Positions 51,910 through 61,312 of a DNA stretch of 64,000 bases are shown here, in pieces (the stretch's first letter is position 1; every line of letters begins with the position of its first letter). Position numbers and translations under genes: made by a program. Origin of the DNA: an uncultured Chloroflexia bacterium (lineage in GTDB: Bacteria; Chloroflexota; Limnocylindria; Limnocylindrales; CSP1-4); assembly GCA_963763775.1 (NCBI GenBank), contig CAVXPZ010000003.1:128001-192000 (forward strand), given 5' to 3'. The notes under the pieces were generated by a model. It was not told the origin of the DNA and did no database searches. It was given only the letters and a program-made list of their open reading frames with translations.

Positions 51910-53366
51910 ATGCTCGACCTCTCTCCGCCGACCCCACGACGGCCGCCGCGGGAACCGGCCCAGTCGCGGTTCTCCTACCAGACTCGCCTGACGCTCGCGA
52001 TCGTCGCGGCCGCCGTCGTCCCGCTCGGCGCTGTTCGGGATCCTGCTGATCGTGACCGGGACGCTGGACCCGCAGCTCGGTGGGCGCATCCTGCTGTTCG
52101 TCGTCGCGGTGACGGTCGTCCTCGCCATCGTCGTCGGGTACGCCCTGAGCCTGAGCCTCATCGAGCCGCTCCGGGACATCGCGGACGCCGTTCGACGCGT
52201 GAGCGATGGCGACCTGTCGCAGCCGATCCCGGTCAACGGCTCCGACGTGCTCGCCCAGCTCGCGGAGAGCCACAACCGGCTCGTGGCCGACGCGGAGCGT
52301 CGCAACCGTCAGCTCGGCATGATCCTCGCCGCCGTCGAGCGCGCCTCCCCCGAGGACGGGACGGAAGCCCTCGCCGACCGGGCGACACGCGACGCGGAGG
52401 AGATCTTCGAGCTCATCGCCGGCGCGATCACGTTCACCGACCCGAAGGCCGTGCCCGAGGTGGAACGCGTCCCCGGCGACCCCCTGACCGTCCGCGCGGA
52501 CATGCGCGTCGGCGACCAGCCGATCGGCGTGCTGATCGGGCGGCTGCCGGCGACGAGGACCTGGGAGCGTGCCGATCAGGCGCTCTTCGAGCTCTATGGG
52601 AGCGAGATCGCGGCCGCCGTCCGGAACGCCCAGCTGTTCGCGCAAGTCGAGGCCCAGAACGCCCAGCTCCGCCAGCTCGACGAGGCGAAGGACGACTTCC
52701 TCCGAGGCGTCAGCCACAACCTCCAGACGCCGCTGACGCGGATCAAGGCCAACGCCGAGGGCCTCGAGCGCACGGTCGACGACCCACGGCTCGGGAGCAT
52801 CAGCGACCAGGCGGACCGGCTGTCGCGGATGGTGGCGCAGCTGCTCCTGGTCGGCCGGCTCGGCTCGGGCCAGCTCCGGCCGCAGGCGGACGTCATCGCC
52901 GTCGGGGCGCGGATCCGACGCGCGTGGGACGCGCTCGCCGCGGAAGGCCGGGCGTTCGACCTCGACGACGCGTCGGGCGGCTGGCTGGCCGTCGCCGACG
53001 GCGACCAGCTCGACCAGGTCCTGTGGGCGCTCCTCGACAACGCGGTCAAGTACGGCGAGGGCGGCGTCGACGTCGCGATCGGCGCCGACGACGAGGGCCG
53101 CCGCGGTGTGGGCCACGATCACGTCCGGCGGGCCGGGTCTCACCGAGGCGGATCGCGAGTGGCTCTTCGAACGATTCGCCCGCGGTGCGACCGGTCGCGC
53201 GACCGGCGACGGGAGCGGTCTCGGCCTGTACGTCTCCCGGGCGCTGATGCGAGGCATGGACGGCGATCTCGACCTCGACCCCGCCGAGCCCGGACGTGGC
53301 GCTCGGTTCCGGCTGACCCTTCCCGGCGAGCCGCCACCGGTCGACGCGGAGTCCGGGCGTGGCTGA
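51910..53366 (+). CDS. Sensor histidine kinase (2 TM, HAMP, GAF-like, HisKA, HATPase; frameshifts near 52030 and 53100)
   Basis: HAMP EPLRDIADAVRRVSDGDL; H-box VSHNLQTPL; N-box LLDNAVKY; G-boxes GPGL...LFERF...GSGLGL. Confidence 0.88.
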
Positions 53367-53502
53367 GCGGAATTCTGTGGCGCGTTCGCGCACCACTGGT
53401 GCACCGAATCCACCACGGCGGCGACCGGAGCGGCGAGACTGTAGGGGACGCCGTGCGCACCCGCGGCTACGTACGACGACGCCCGACACCGAGGTCCAGA
53501 CG

Positions 53503-54490
53503 ATGACGGAACAAGAACGACGACGCCGACGGTCCGTGCACCTGCGGATCGGCGCGGTCCTGGCCCTCTGCCTGGTCGGCGCCGTGCCGGTCGTCGTCGC
53601 GATGGCCGCGTCACCCGACCCCGGTTCGTCGGCGCCGACCCGCGGCTCCTGCCGCCACCGCCGACCCGTCCGGCACCACGAGCAAGCCGGCCGGCGACGG
53701 CAAGGGCGGCCTCCGGCTCGACCTGCGCGGGTTCGGTGGCGGGATCGATCTCGGCCGCGGCGGGATCACGATCACCGCGATCAACGGCTCGAGCATCTCC
53801 CTCAAGACCGATGACGGCTGGACGCGGACGATCACGGTCACGCCGGACACCAAGATCCGGAAGGGCGGCCAGGACGCGACGGCCGCGGACCTCGCGGTTG
53901 GCGACAAGATCCGGCTCGCCCAGAAGCGCAACGACGACGGCACCTACACGGTGACCGCGATCGCGGTGCCGACGCCGAGGACGGGCGGCGAGGTCAGCGC
54001 CATCAGCGGCGACACGCTCACGCTGAAGCGTCGGAACGGCGAGACCCAGACGGTCACCCTGACCGGCTCCACCAAGTACACCTTCGGCAAGGATGCCGGG
54101 ACCAAGGCCGACGTCACGGTCGGGTCGCAGGTGACGGTCGAGGGCACGACGTCCGGGACCGACTTCACCGCACTCTCGGTCCACGTCCAGCCGACCGTCG
54201 TCGCCGGCGAGGTCACCGCCAAGACAGCCACCAGCCTGACGCTGAAGCAGCGCGACGGCTCGACGATCGTCGTCCATGTCTCGGCCGACACCAAGTACGG
54301 GCTCCGCGGCGGCAAGACCGGCGGACTGGCCGATATCGCCGTCGGCGACAAGGCGTGGGCCTCGGGCAAGACCCGCGGCGACGGCTCGCTCGATGCGACC
54401 GGCGTCGCCAACGGGTTCGGCCGTGGCAAGGGCGACCACAAGGACGCGAAGCCGGGTTCCTCGGCCGCACCGAGCGCGACGGCCGGCTGA
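53503..54490 (+). CDS. Secreted/membrane-anchored repeat protein (DUF5666-like OB-fold repeats; frameshift near 53640)
   Basis: N-terminal TM, then three repeats of the form IT(A/V)I.G..(I/L)TLK..dG...T(I/V).V...TK....ADL.VG..V. Confidence 0.7.
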
Positions 54491-54526
54491 TCGACGGCTT
54501 CGCCGTCAACGGTTACGATCGCTCGC

Positions 54527-55237
54527 GTGAGCTGGGACGCCGCGCCTGATCCGCGCCCGCAAGGACCGCCCAGCGGTCGTCGTGAGGCGGTCGAACTGAT
54601 CGGGACCCACCTGCGTCTCGATGGGGTCATCTCGCTCCATCGATTCAACCGCCTGTCCGACCTGATCAACTCGTCGAGCGGCTACGTCCGCATCCAGAAC
54701 GCCCGCCTGCTCCGGCGCAATGGCGACCCGACGACCCTGGTCCTCCCGGAGCTGATGGTCGACCAGGACGAGATCTCGTTCATCGCGGCCATCGAGGCGG
54801 ACGAGTCCATCGATGACGCGAACACGGCCCGACCGTTCGGCGGCGTCTCGGCGGACGACGGCAGCTCGAGACGGACGTCTGGGCCGGTCTCGGCGCCGCA
54901 GCACCCGGCGGTGGCGACGTCTGGGGCGCCCCGGGTGGCGGGACGCTCGTCCGGCGGCGGCGCCATCGAGCGTCCGCCGCGCGAGTTCGTGATGTTCACG
55001 CCGGGCCATTCGATCACCGGCAAGGTCCAGGTGTTCGGTGGAACGGACCTCGCGGGCTTCGTCGATGCGAGCGAGCCCCGGTTCGTCCCGGTGACGGATG
55101 TGGTCGCCCGCTCTCTGGCGGATCGCCGGATCATCAGCCACTTCTCGTTCGTGCTGATCAACCGGACGCACATGATCGCGGCGTCCGAGATCGGACGTTC
55201 CGGCGACATCAGCCACGAGGACGTCCCGGACCTCTAG
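54527..55237 (+). CDS. Hypothetical protein with two similar small beta domains (DUF6812-like)
   Basis: HLRLDGVI...RLSDLIN...YVRIQNA and HSITGKV...DLAGFVD...RFVPVTDV...FVLINRTH, joined by a low-complexity linker. Confidence 0.6.
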   Translation: MSWDAAPDPRPQGPPSGRREAVELIGTHLRLDGVISLHRFNRLSDLINSSSGYVRIQNARLLRRNGDPTTLVLPELMVDQDEISFIAAIEADESIDDANTARPFGGVSADDGSSRRTSGPVSAPQHPAVATSGAPRVAGRSSGGGAIERPPREFVMFTPGHSITGKVQVFGGTDLAGFVDASEPRFVPVTDVVARSLADRRIISHFSFVLINRTHMIAASEIGRSGDISHEDVPDL

Positions 55238-55348
55238 GCGCGCCATCCGGGGCACGTGCCGGACGGCCGCGATGGTGTCTGCCGTCACCACGGGCGGTAG
55301 GTCGTGGTGCGCTTTGGTGGGGTCTGGACCCGTACTGATGGGCTAGCC

Positions 55349-55381
55349 GAAAGGTCCTGCGCAAGGTCCCGGTCCCATACT
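55349..55381 (+). promoter_or_regulatory. Tandem direct-repeat regulatory motif upstream of tad cassette 3
   Basis: GAAAGGT (55349)-N5-GCAAGGT (55361)-N10-TACT. Confidence 0.55.
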
Positions 55382-55467
55382 CGACCCCTGATGTCGTGCG
55401 CCGGGGGGCATGCGTCATCCATACGACGCCAACGCGTCGTCATCCTCGCGACCCAGGGACCCCCCGG

Positions 55468-57078
55468 ATGCCACACCTCGTCCCCACCGACGCCCCCACG
55501 CGTCGGCGCCGCCCGCTCCTCCCGACCGCCCGATCGACGTCCCGCCCGCGCGGGACCCGGCGCAGCCGTGGGCAGGCCCTCGTGGAACTCGCCCTCGTCA
55601 CGCCCCTCCTGTTGCTCCTCTTCGCCGCGGCCGCCGACCTCGGCCGTGCCTTCTATGCCTATGTCGCCGTCGAGAACGCCGCGAAGGAAGGCGCGCTCTT
55701 CGGCTCACGCGCGCCGCTCTGCGACGCCAGTACGGGCGGGGCGTGCACCGATCCGAACAACGTCACGTGGCATGTGCAGCAGGAGCTCCAGAACCTGCGT
55801 ATGCCCGACGGGACGACGCCGGTCCCGACGGTCCAGTGCCTCGATGCGAGCAACGGGGCACCCCGAACCGCGCTGAAGGACTGCGCCGAGGGCGATACCT
55901 ATGCCGTCGGCGTCCAGGTGCCGTTCAAGATGCTGACACCGGTCCTCGGCAGCCTCATCGGGAACCTTCAGATCGCGTCGACGTCGCGCGCGGTCGTCCT
56001 GAACCTCGCCTTCGACCCATCGCCGGGTTTGAGCGTCCAGAAGTTCGTGCAGCCTACCGGCGCCATCAATGCCTCGGCGATCACCTCGAAATGCCTCGAC
56101 CCAAACGACCGCGATGCGGCCGGCTACTACCGCAGCCCGTGCCTCGACCTCTCGACGCCGGATCCGACCGACAAGCTGTGGGTGCACTTCGAGCAAGGCG
56201 ACACGATCGCGTACAAGATCGCCTTGCGGAACACGGGGGCGCAGAACCTGTCCGGCATCACGGTCGTCGATTCGCGCGGCTCGACCGGTTGCTCCTTTCC
56301 CACGTCGCTCGCCGCGGGTTCCTCGGCCTTCACCTGCACCTACACAAGGACGGCGCCGACCGTTTCCGGCGTGCCCGACTCGATGGACTACGCGAACACC
56401 GTCACGGTGGACTCGTCCGGGACCTTGCCGTCGCAGGACGGCGTCACCGTCGTCGTCGAGCGCCCGCCAGCCGAGTTCCAGGTCCTCAAGTGGGTGAGCC
56501 CGTTCAAGGAAGGTGACGACGGCGACGGGACGCCCGGGTTCGGGACGCAACCCACGGTGGCCGTGAGCTACAGCGCGCAGATCCCGCAGCCCGCGGTCTG
56601 GTTCAAGGTCATCGTCCGGAATGTCGGAGGGCGGACGGCCAGCGCGGTCGCGATCGCCGACTCCCACGGGGCCCTGCCATACGGACAGAACAACGCCACG
56701 GCCGTCTGCGACGCGGCTCCGACGAGTCTGGCCGCGAACGGGATCTTCCAGTGCAGGTACCGCGTGACCTATGCCTCGGCGCAGGTGGCCACGAACACGG
56801 TGTCGGCGACGAGTCCGGACGTCACGCCCGACAGCAACGACACGGCCACCGCGACGGCCACGGTCACGGCGTGCACCGGCGCCACTCGGGTCGTGCCGGA
56901 CCTGATCGGCCTGGCCAAGGCCGCAGCCCAGACCGCCTGGACCAGCGCCGGGTTCACCGGCACCTTGTCCGTCTGGAGCGGTCAGCCGAGCGCCACGGTC
57001 GTGACCCAGACGCGCCCGGCGTACGGCTGCATCGCCGCCAACTCGACGATGACGATCGGAAGGACGACCACGCCATGA
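55468..57078 (+). CDS. TadE-like pilin fused to two Ig-like (DUF11-like) repeats and a PASTA-like domain
   Basis: RG|QALVELALVTP...VENAAKEGA; two repeats (V.K...Y/FKI..RN.G...PTSLAA...C.Y...NTV); C-terminal VVPDLIGL...AGF...VVTQ. Confidence 0.8.
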   Translation: MPHLVPTDAPTRRRRPLLPTARSTSRPRGTRRSRGQALVELALVTPLLLLLFAAAADLGRAFYAYVAVENAAKEGALFGSRAPLCDASTGGACTDPNNVTWHVQQELQNLRMPDGTTPVPTVQCLDASNGAPRTALKDCAEGDTYAVGVQVPFKMLTPVLGSLIGNLQIASTSRAVVLNLAFDPSPGLSVQKFVQPTGAINASAITSKCLDPNDRDAAGYYRSPCLDLSTPDPTDKLWVHFEQGDTIAYKIALRNTGAQNLSGITVVDSRGSTGCSFPTSLAAGSSAFTCTYTRTAPTVSGVPDSMDYANTVTVDSSGTLPSQDGVTVVVERPPAEFQVLKWVSPFKEGDDGDGTPGFGTQPTVAVSYSAQIPQPAVWFKVIVRNVGGRTASAVAIADSHGALPYGQNNATAVCDAAPTSLAANGIFQCRYRVTYASAQVATNTVSATSPDVTPDSNDTATATATVTACTGATRVVPDLIGLAKAAAQTAWTSAGFTGTLSVWSGQPSATVVTQTRPAYGCIAANSTMTIGRTTTP

Positions 57079-57542
57079 CGCCCGAACGGACCCACCGGCG
57101 ACGTGGGCAATCCCTCGTCGAATTCGCCCTGGTCCTCCCGATCTTCGCCATCCTGCTGTTCGGCATCATCGACTTCGGCCGGTTCGTGTACGCGGCCAAC
57201 GCCCTGAACAACGGTGTCCGTGAGGGTGCCCGCTCCGGCTCCGTCACGATCCGACCGTCACCGCTTTGCGACGGTCTGAGCCGCGATGCGTGTGTCAAGG
57301 CGGTCGTCGCCAACCTCTCCTGGGGCGTCCCGGGCAGCTCGATCACCACGACGGTGACCTGTGAGCGCGTGGTCCCGAACAACCCGACGCCGCAGCCGGT
57401 CATCCCGATTTCGGGCTGCCGCACCAACGACCTGCTGCGGGTGAAGGCCACGGCGCCGTTCACGCTCGTGACACCGCTCATCGCGCAGTTCCTCGGCGGA
57501 CGGACGCTCTCCGGCGAAGCCCTGGTCACCGTGAACCAATGA
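57075..57542 (+). CDS. TadE-like minor pilin
   Basis: RG|QSLVEFALVLPIF...DFGR...VREGAR. Confidence 0.88.
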   Translation: MTPERTHRRRGQSLVEFALVLPIFAILLFGIIDFGRFVYAANALNNGVREGARSGSVTIRPSPLCDGLSRDACVKAVVANLSWGVPGSSITTTVTCERVVPNNPTPQPVIPISGCRTNDLLRVKATAPFTLVTPLIAQFLGGRTLSGEALVTVNQ

Positions 57543-57592
57543 TCCGCGCCACCCGCCCTCTCGTCCCCTCGCGACCCTCGAAGGAGCCCCCG

Positions 57593-58696
57593 ATGCGCCT
57601 CGCCCGCTCTCCACGTTCCCGATCGCCACGCGGCCAGATCCTGGTGATCGTCGCGGGCGGCCTGATCGGACTGCTCGCCATCGGCGCGTTCGCCCTCGAG
57701 GGTGGCACGCTGGTCCTCAATCGTCGCGATGGGCAGAACGCCGCCGATCTCGCCTCCTTGGCCGGCACCCGGATGGTGGCCTTGAGCCACACGGCGTCGG
57801 CGACCGGCGCCGACGTGTTCACGGCCATCCAGGGGTCGCTGGACAGCAACGACTGCCATGCAGCTTCGGGGACGCCGTGCACCTGGACCGCGCGGTTCGT
57901 CGGGGCCGGCCTCGCCGACCTCGGGGCGGTCTCCGGCAGCGGGACCGTGCCAGGGGCGGCGCTCGGCGTGCGGGTCGGCGTCACCCGCCAGCCCGGCGCC
58001 ATGCTGGGCCGAATCCTCGGGTTCGACCACTGGACCGTCACGACCGAGGCCACGGCCATCGCCGCCGAGCCGTCCCAGTTCCCCACCGGGATCCTGCTCC
58101 CGATCGCCCTCTGCGGTTGGGGACAGACGGGCGTCAATGACTGTCTGCAGGCTTCGAACAGTCCGGCCAACGTCATCAAGTTCCAGCCCAACCAGATCTA
58201 CGACATCACGGACGGCATGGATGCCCCGGGCGGGTTCGGCTGGTTGTCCTGGACGGGATCGAACTCAGCGGGCGCCCTTTCAGACAGCATCTGCACCCCC
58301 GACAACATCGGTTTCTCCCTCGACAACCCGTTCAATTCCCCCGGTACCTACAGCGGGACGCCCGGGACCAACCCGGCGGACGGGGAGACATGGTTCCCCG
58401 CCGATCCCGGGAAGTCGAACAAGGCCTCGATGCGAGCCTGTCTCGACGGGTGGATCTCCAGTCGAGCGACCGTCCTCATCCCCGTCTACGACATCGTCAC
58501 GGGCAATGGCAACAACGCCGCGTATCACATCACCGGCGTCGCGGCGTTCGTCTTGACATCGCGGGAGCAGCCAGCCGTCGACAACATCCAGGGTTACTTC
58601 GTGCAGTACTACCCGTACACGGACGTCCCGGGTGGGCTGGGGACCCAGCCACCAGGGCCGGACGACACGACGTACTTCCTGGGTCTCGTGAAGTAG
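57593..58696 (+). CDS. TadG-like pilus assembly protein
   Basis: AAGGAG RBS; RG|QILVIVA...RRDGQNAADLASLAG; PGGFGWLSW...VLIPVYD...YHITGVAAF. Confidence 0.82.
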   Translation: MRLARSPRSRSPRGQILVIVAGGLIGLLAIGAFALEGGTLVLNRRDGQNAADLASLAGTRMVALSHTASATGADVFTAIQGSLDSNDCHAASGTPCTWTARFVGAGLADLGAVSGSGTVPGAALGVRVGVTRQPGAMLGRILGFDHWTVTTEATAIAAEPSQFPTGILLPIALCGWGQTGVNDCLQASNSPANVIKFQPNQIYDITDGMDAPGGFGWLSWTGSNSAGALSDSICTPDNIGFSLDNPFNSPGTYSGTPGTNPADGETWFPADPGKSNKASMRACLDGWISSRATVLIPVYDIVTGNGNNAAYHITGVAAFVLTSREQPAVDNIQGYFVQYYPYTDVPGGLGTQPPGPDDTTYFLGLVK

Positions 58697-58703
58697 GGCC
58701 CGC

Positions 58704-59453
58704 TCAGACCGACGCGACGTCGCCCGGATCCACGAGGTCGACCGGTCCGTCGTAGGCGCTGCGGACCGAGGCGACCGCCGCGTTGCGGTCGAACCCCATC
58801 TGGAGATGGGTGAGCAGGACGCGGCTGACCCCACCGCGCGCGGCCAGGGCGCCGACCATCGGCCCGTCGAGGTGGGCCGCCCCGGGCGGGACCGGTCCGG
58901 GCCCGAAGCTCACCTCGGACAACAGCACGTCACCGGGTCTGATGAGCGGGTCGAGGTCCTCGGCTCGGCCGCAGTCGCCGGAGTAGACGAGGCCCGGCGC
59001 CGGACGGTCCGCCACGGACACGCGAAACCCGAGACTCGACTCCGTGTGCGTGACCCGCACCGTCTCCACGACGAACGGGCCGATCGCGATCGTCCCCGCC
59101 CCGAGATCGTCGACGTCGAGGGCCTCGGCGGTGAAGCCCGGCTCGTCGTGCAGGGCGTCGAGCCGAGCGGCCAGCCCGGGTGGCGCGAGCACATGGACGC
59201 GCCGTCCGCGCGGCGGCTCCCACCGGAGGTAGTGCCGAAGGGCGACCAAGTCGATGAAGTGATCCGGGTGGAGGTGGCTGATCAGGACCGCGTCGAGGTC
59301 GGCCGGGTCCAGCCGGCTCGCGACACCGGGGAACGCGCCTTGTCCGAGGTCGAGCAGGATGGCATGGCCTGAATGGCGCACCAGGTACGCCGCCCCGATC
59401 GCACCGGGTCGGTCGGTGTAGGACGGCCCGGCGCCGATGACCACGAGATCCAC
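58704..59453 (-). CDS. MBL-fold metallo-hydrolase (RNase Z/phosphodiesterase-like)
   Basis: LLDLGQG, SHLHPDHFID, YSGDCG, LLTHL. Confidence 0.88.
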   Translation of the reverse strand: MDLVVIGAGPSYTDRPGAIGAAYLVRHSGHAILLDLGQGAFPGVASRLDPADLDAVLISHLHPDHFIDLVALRHYLRWEPPRGRRVHVLAPPGLAARLDALHDEPGFTAEALDVDDLGAGTIAIGPFVVETVRVTHTESSLGFRVSVADRPAPGLVYSGDCGRAEDLDPLIRPGDVLLSEVSFGPGPVPPGAAHLDGPMVGALAARGGVSRVLLTHLQMGFDRNAAVASVRSAYDGPVDLVDPGDVASV

Positions 59454-59492
59454 GGTCCGTAGCCTAGCGGGCCGACCACATGGTCCGTGCGG

Positions 59493-60563
59493 TCAACCGC
59501 CAGCGTCCGACGCGCCGCCCTTGCCATTGCCGTTGCCCTGGCCGTTGCCGCTCGCCTTGCCGTTGCCGTTCGCGGACCCGTTGGCCTTCGCCGCGTGACC
59601 GTTCGCGTTGCCGTTCGCCTTGCCGTTGCCGTTGGCGCAGCCCCACTCGGAGCTCGTGGCGGAGCCGTGCCCGTTCGCGTTGCCGTTCGCAGCGCCGTTG
59701 CGGTTCGCAGCGCCGTTGCCGGGCGCGTCGGGCGCCGTCGCCGGCTGCTGACCGAGGTGCTTCCCGTTGTCCTTGCCGGGCCTCGAGGCCGGTGCATCCG
59801 GGTGGTCCGTCGAGGGCCCGTGGGACAAGGAGCCCGGGGCCGTCGCCGGGGCGTCCGGTCGGGAGCGCCCCGGCGCCACCGGGGGTACGACCTTCGGCAG
59901 GAGGGTCAGGAGTCGGTCGCGTGCAGCCGCGGGCGCCGCCGCGACGATGGACACGAGGGCGGCGTCCGAGTTCGCGAGGTCCGTCCGCAAGACGCCCAGC
60001 GCAGCGTCGTCGCCGCTGGCCTCGTTCGTCGACTCCCGAACGATCGATGCGTACGCCTCGATGCTTGCGAGCGTGGCATCGGCATCGCCGGCGGCGACCG
60101 CGCGGCGCGCCTCGTCGAGCCGCCGCTCGAGGCGCGTGATCTCGGCGTCCACCCGGGCCTGACCGGCAGCCGGCAGGGTCAGGTATTCGGTGAGCAGGCG
60201 CGCGGGATAGAGCGGGCCCCCGGGCCGTGCCGCGAGCGCCGATCCAGCGAGCATCGACACCATCAGGCACGCTGCGGCGACCGCGCTCATCGGTCGGACC
60301 CAGCGCGAGCTCCAGCGCGCCGCCGCGACCGGGCGGTGGCGACCGAACGCTGTCGATCGCGACGTGACCGCGACGGTGCGGGGCCGTCGACTGACGGGGG
60401 CACCAAGGTCCGTCTGGACCTGCGCGGCGATGGCCGCCAGGACGGCGGCTCGCGTCTGCGACGTCGCCTCGCGTGACGGCGCCAGTCGGGCCGTGGCGAA
60501 TGCGTCCAGCCGGCGCTCGAGCTCGAGGTCGGCCGGGAATCCCAGGGGCATGTCGGTCGCCAT
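59493..60563 (-). CDS. Putative anti-sigma factor (DUF5667-like) with Gly/Asn-repeat tail
   Basis: Directly downstream of an ECF gene; TM plus ARPGGPLYPAR...ERRLDEA; C-terminal GNGAANRNGAANGNANGHG... repeats. Confidence 0.65.
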   Translation of the reverse strand: MATDMPLGFPADLELERRLDAFATARLAPSREATSQTRAAVLAAIAAQVQTDLGAPVSRRPRTVAVTSRSTAFGRHRPVAAARWSSRWVRPMSAVAAACLMVSMLAGSALAARPGGPLYPARLLTEYLTLPAAGQARVDAEITRLERRLDEARRAVAAGDADATLASIEAYASIVRESTNEASGDDAALGVLRTDLANSDAALVSIVAAAPAAARDRLLTLLPKVVPPVAPGRSRPDAPATAPGSLSHGPSTDHPDAPASRPGKDNGKHLGQQPATAPDAPGNGAANRNGAANGNANGHGSATSSEWGCANGNGKANGNANGHAAKANGSANGNGKASGNGQGNGNGKGGASDAGG

Positions 60564-61177
60564 CAGTTGGTCCGATCCCCGGCCAGGCCGGAAGCGAGAC
60601 CGCCGGCCAGCACCTCGGCGGCCGTCCTGGGATCGTCGATCCCGAGCTCGCGTCGGAGCGACGCGATGGCACGGAATTGGAGGCCTCGGATCGTCCCCTC
60701 CTGCTTGCCCATGGCGAGCGCCGCTTCCCGAGCCGAGAGCCCGGCGAAGAACCGCAGCGAGATGGCGTCGCGCTGGTCGTCGGTCAGCGTGGCCAGGGCC
60801 ACGCCGACAGCATCGATCTCCTGACGGACGACGAGGAGGTCGTCGGGGCCGGGCTCAGGCTTGGCCCACTCCGCGACGGCGTCGAGGGCCACGTGCTCGC
60901 GACGCGTGCGAACGAAGTCGATGACGGCGTTCCGCGCCAACCGGAAGAGCCAGCCGGCGAACGGGACACCGCGACGCTCGTACCTGGGGAGCGCCTCGAA
61001 CGCCTTGACGAACACGAGCTGCGTCAGATCCTCCACGTCGGCCGGACGCCGGACGCGGCTGGCGATATAGCGGTGGACCGGTCCATGGAAACGGTCGAAC
61101 AGGCGGCCGAAGGACTCGACATCGCCGGCCTGCGCCGCGTCGACGAGCTGCTCGATGGCGGCCTCGTCGCGCGTCAT
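60563..61177 (-). CDS. ECF RNA polymerase sigma factor
   Basis: GDVESFGRLF, DVEDLTQLVF, FAGWLFRLARN, QRDAISLRFFAGLSAREAA. Confidence 0.92.
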   Translation of the reverse strand: MTRDEAAIEQLVDAAQAGDVESFGRLFDRFHGPVHRYIASRVRRPADVEDLTQLVFVKAFEALPRYERRGVPFAGWLFRLARNAVIDFVRTRREHVALDAVAEWAKPEPGPDDLLVVRQEIDAVGVALATLTDDQRDAISLRFFAGLSAREAALAMGKQEGTIRGLQFRAIASLRRELGIDDPRTAAEVLAGGLASGLAGDRTN

Positions 61178-61312
61178 CCCTCGGACTCGGCGGGTGGGTG
61201 GAGCGGCATGGTGGCACCATCCTGCCAGAAGATCGCCGACCTGCCGTCGATCCGCTGGTGCGGTCCGGTCGGGTCCAGCCAGAACGTGGTGCTCCGTCGC
61301 ACCACGCGCGGG

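Noticed and set aside
50531-54439. 1302-aa ORF on the minus strand, and other long antisense ORFs such as 414..2348, 6702..8792 and 60473..62590
   Set aside because: Shadow ORFs opposite well-supported genes; expected at high GC and with no recognisable motifs.
59515-59720. Short periodic repeats as a possible CRISPR array
   Set aside because: Codon-level repeats of a Gly/Asn-rich protein tail; no repeat-spacer structure or cas genes.
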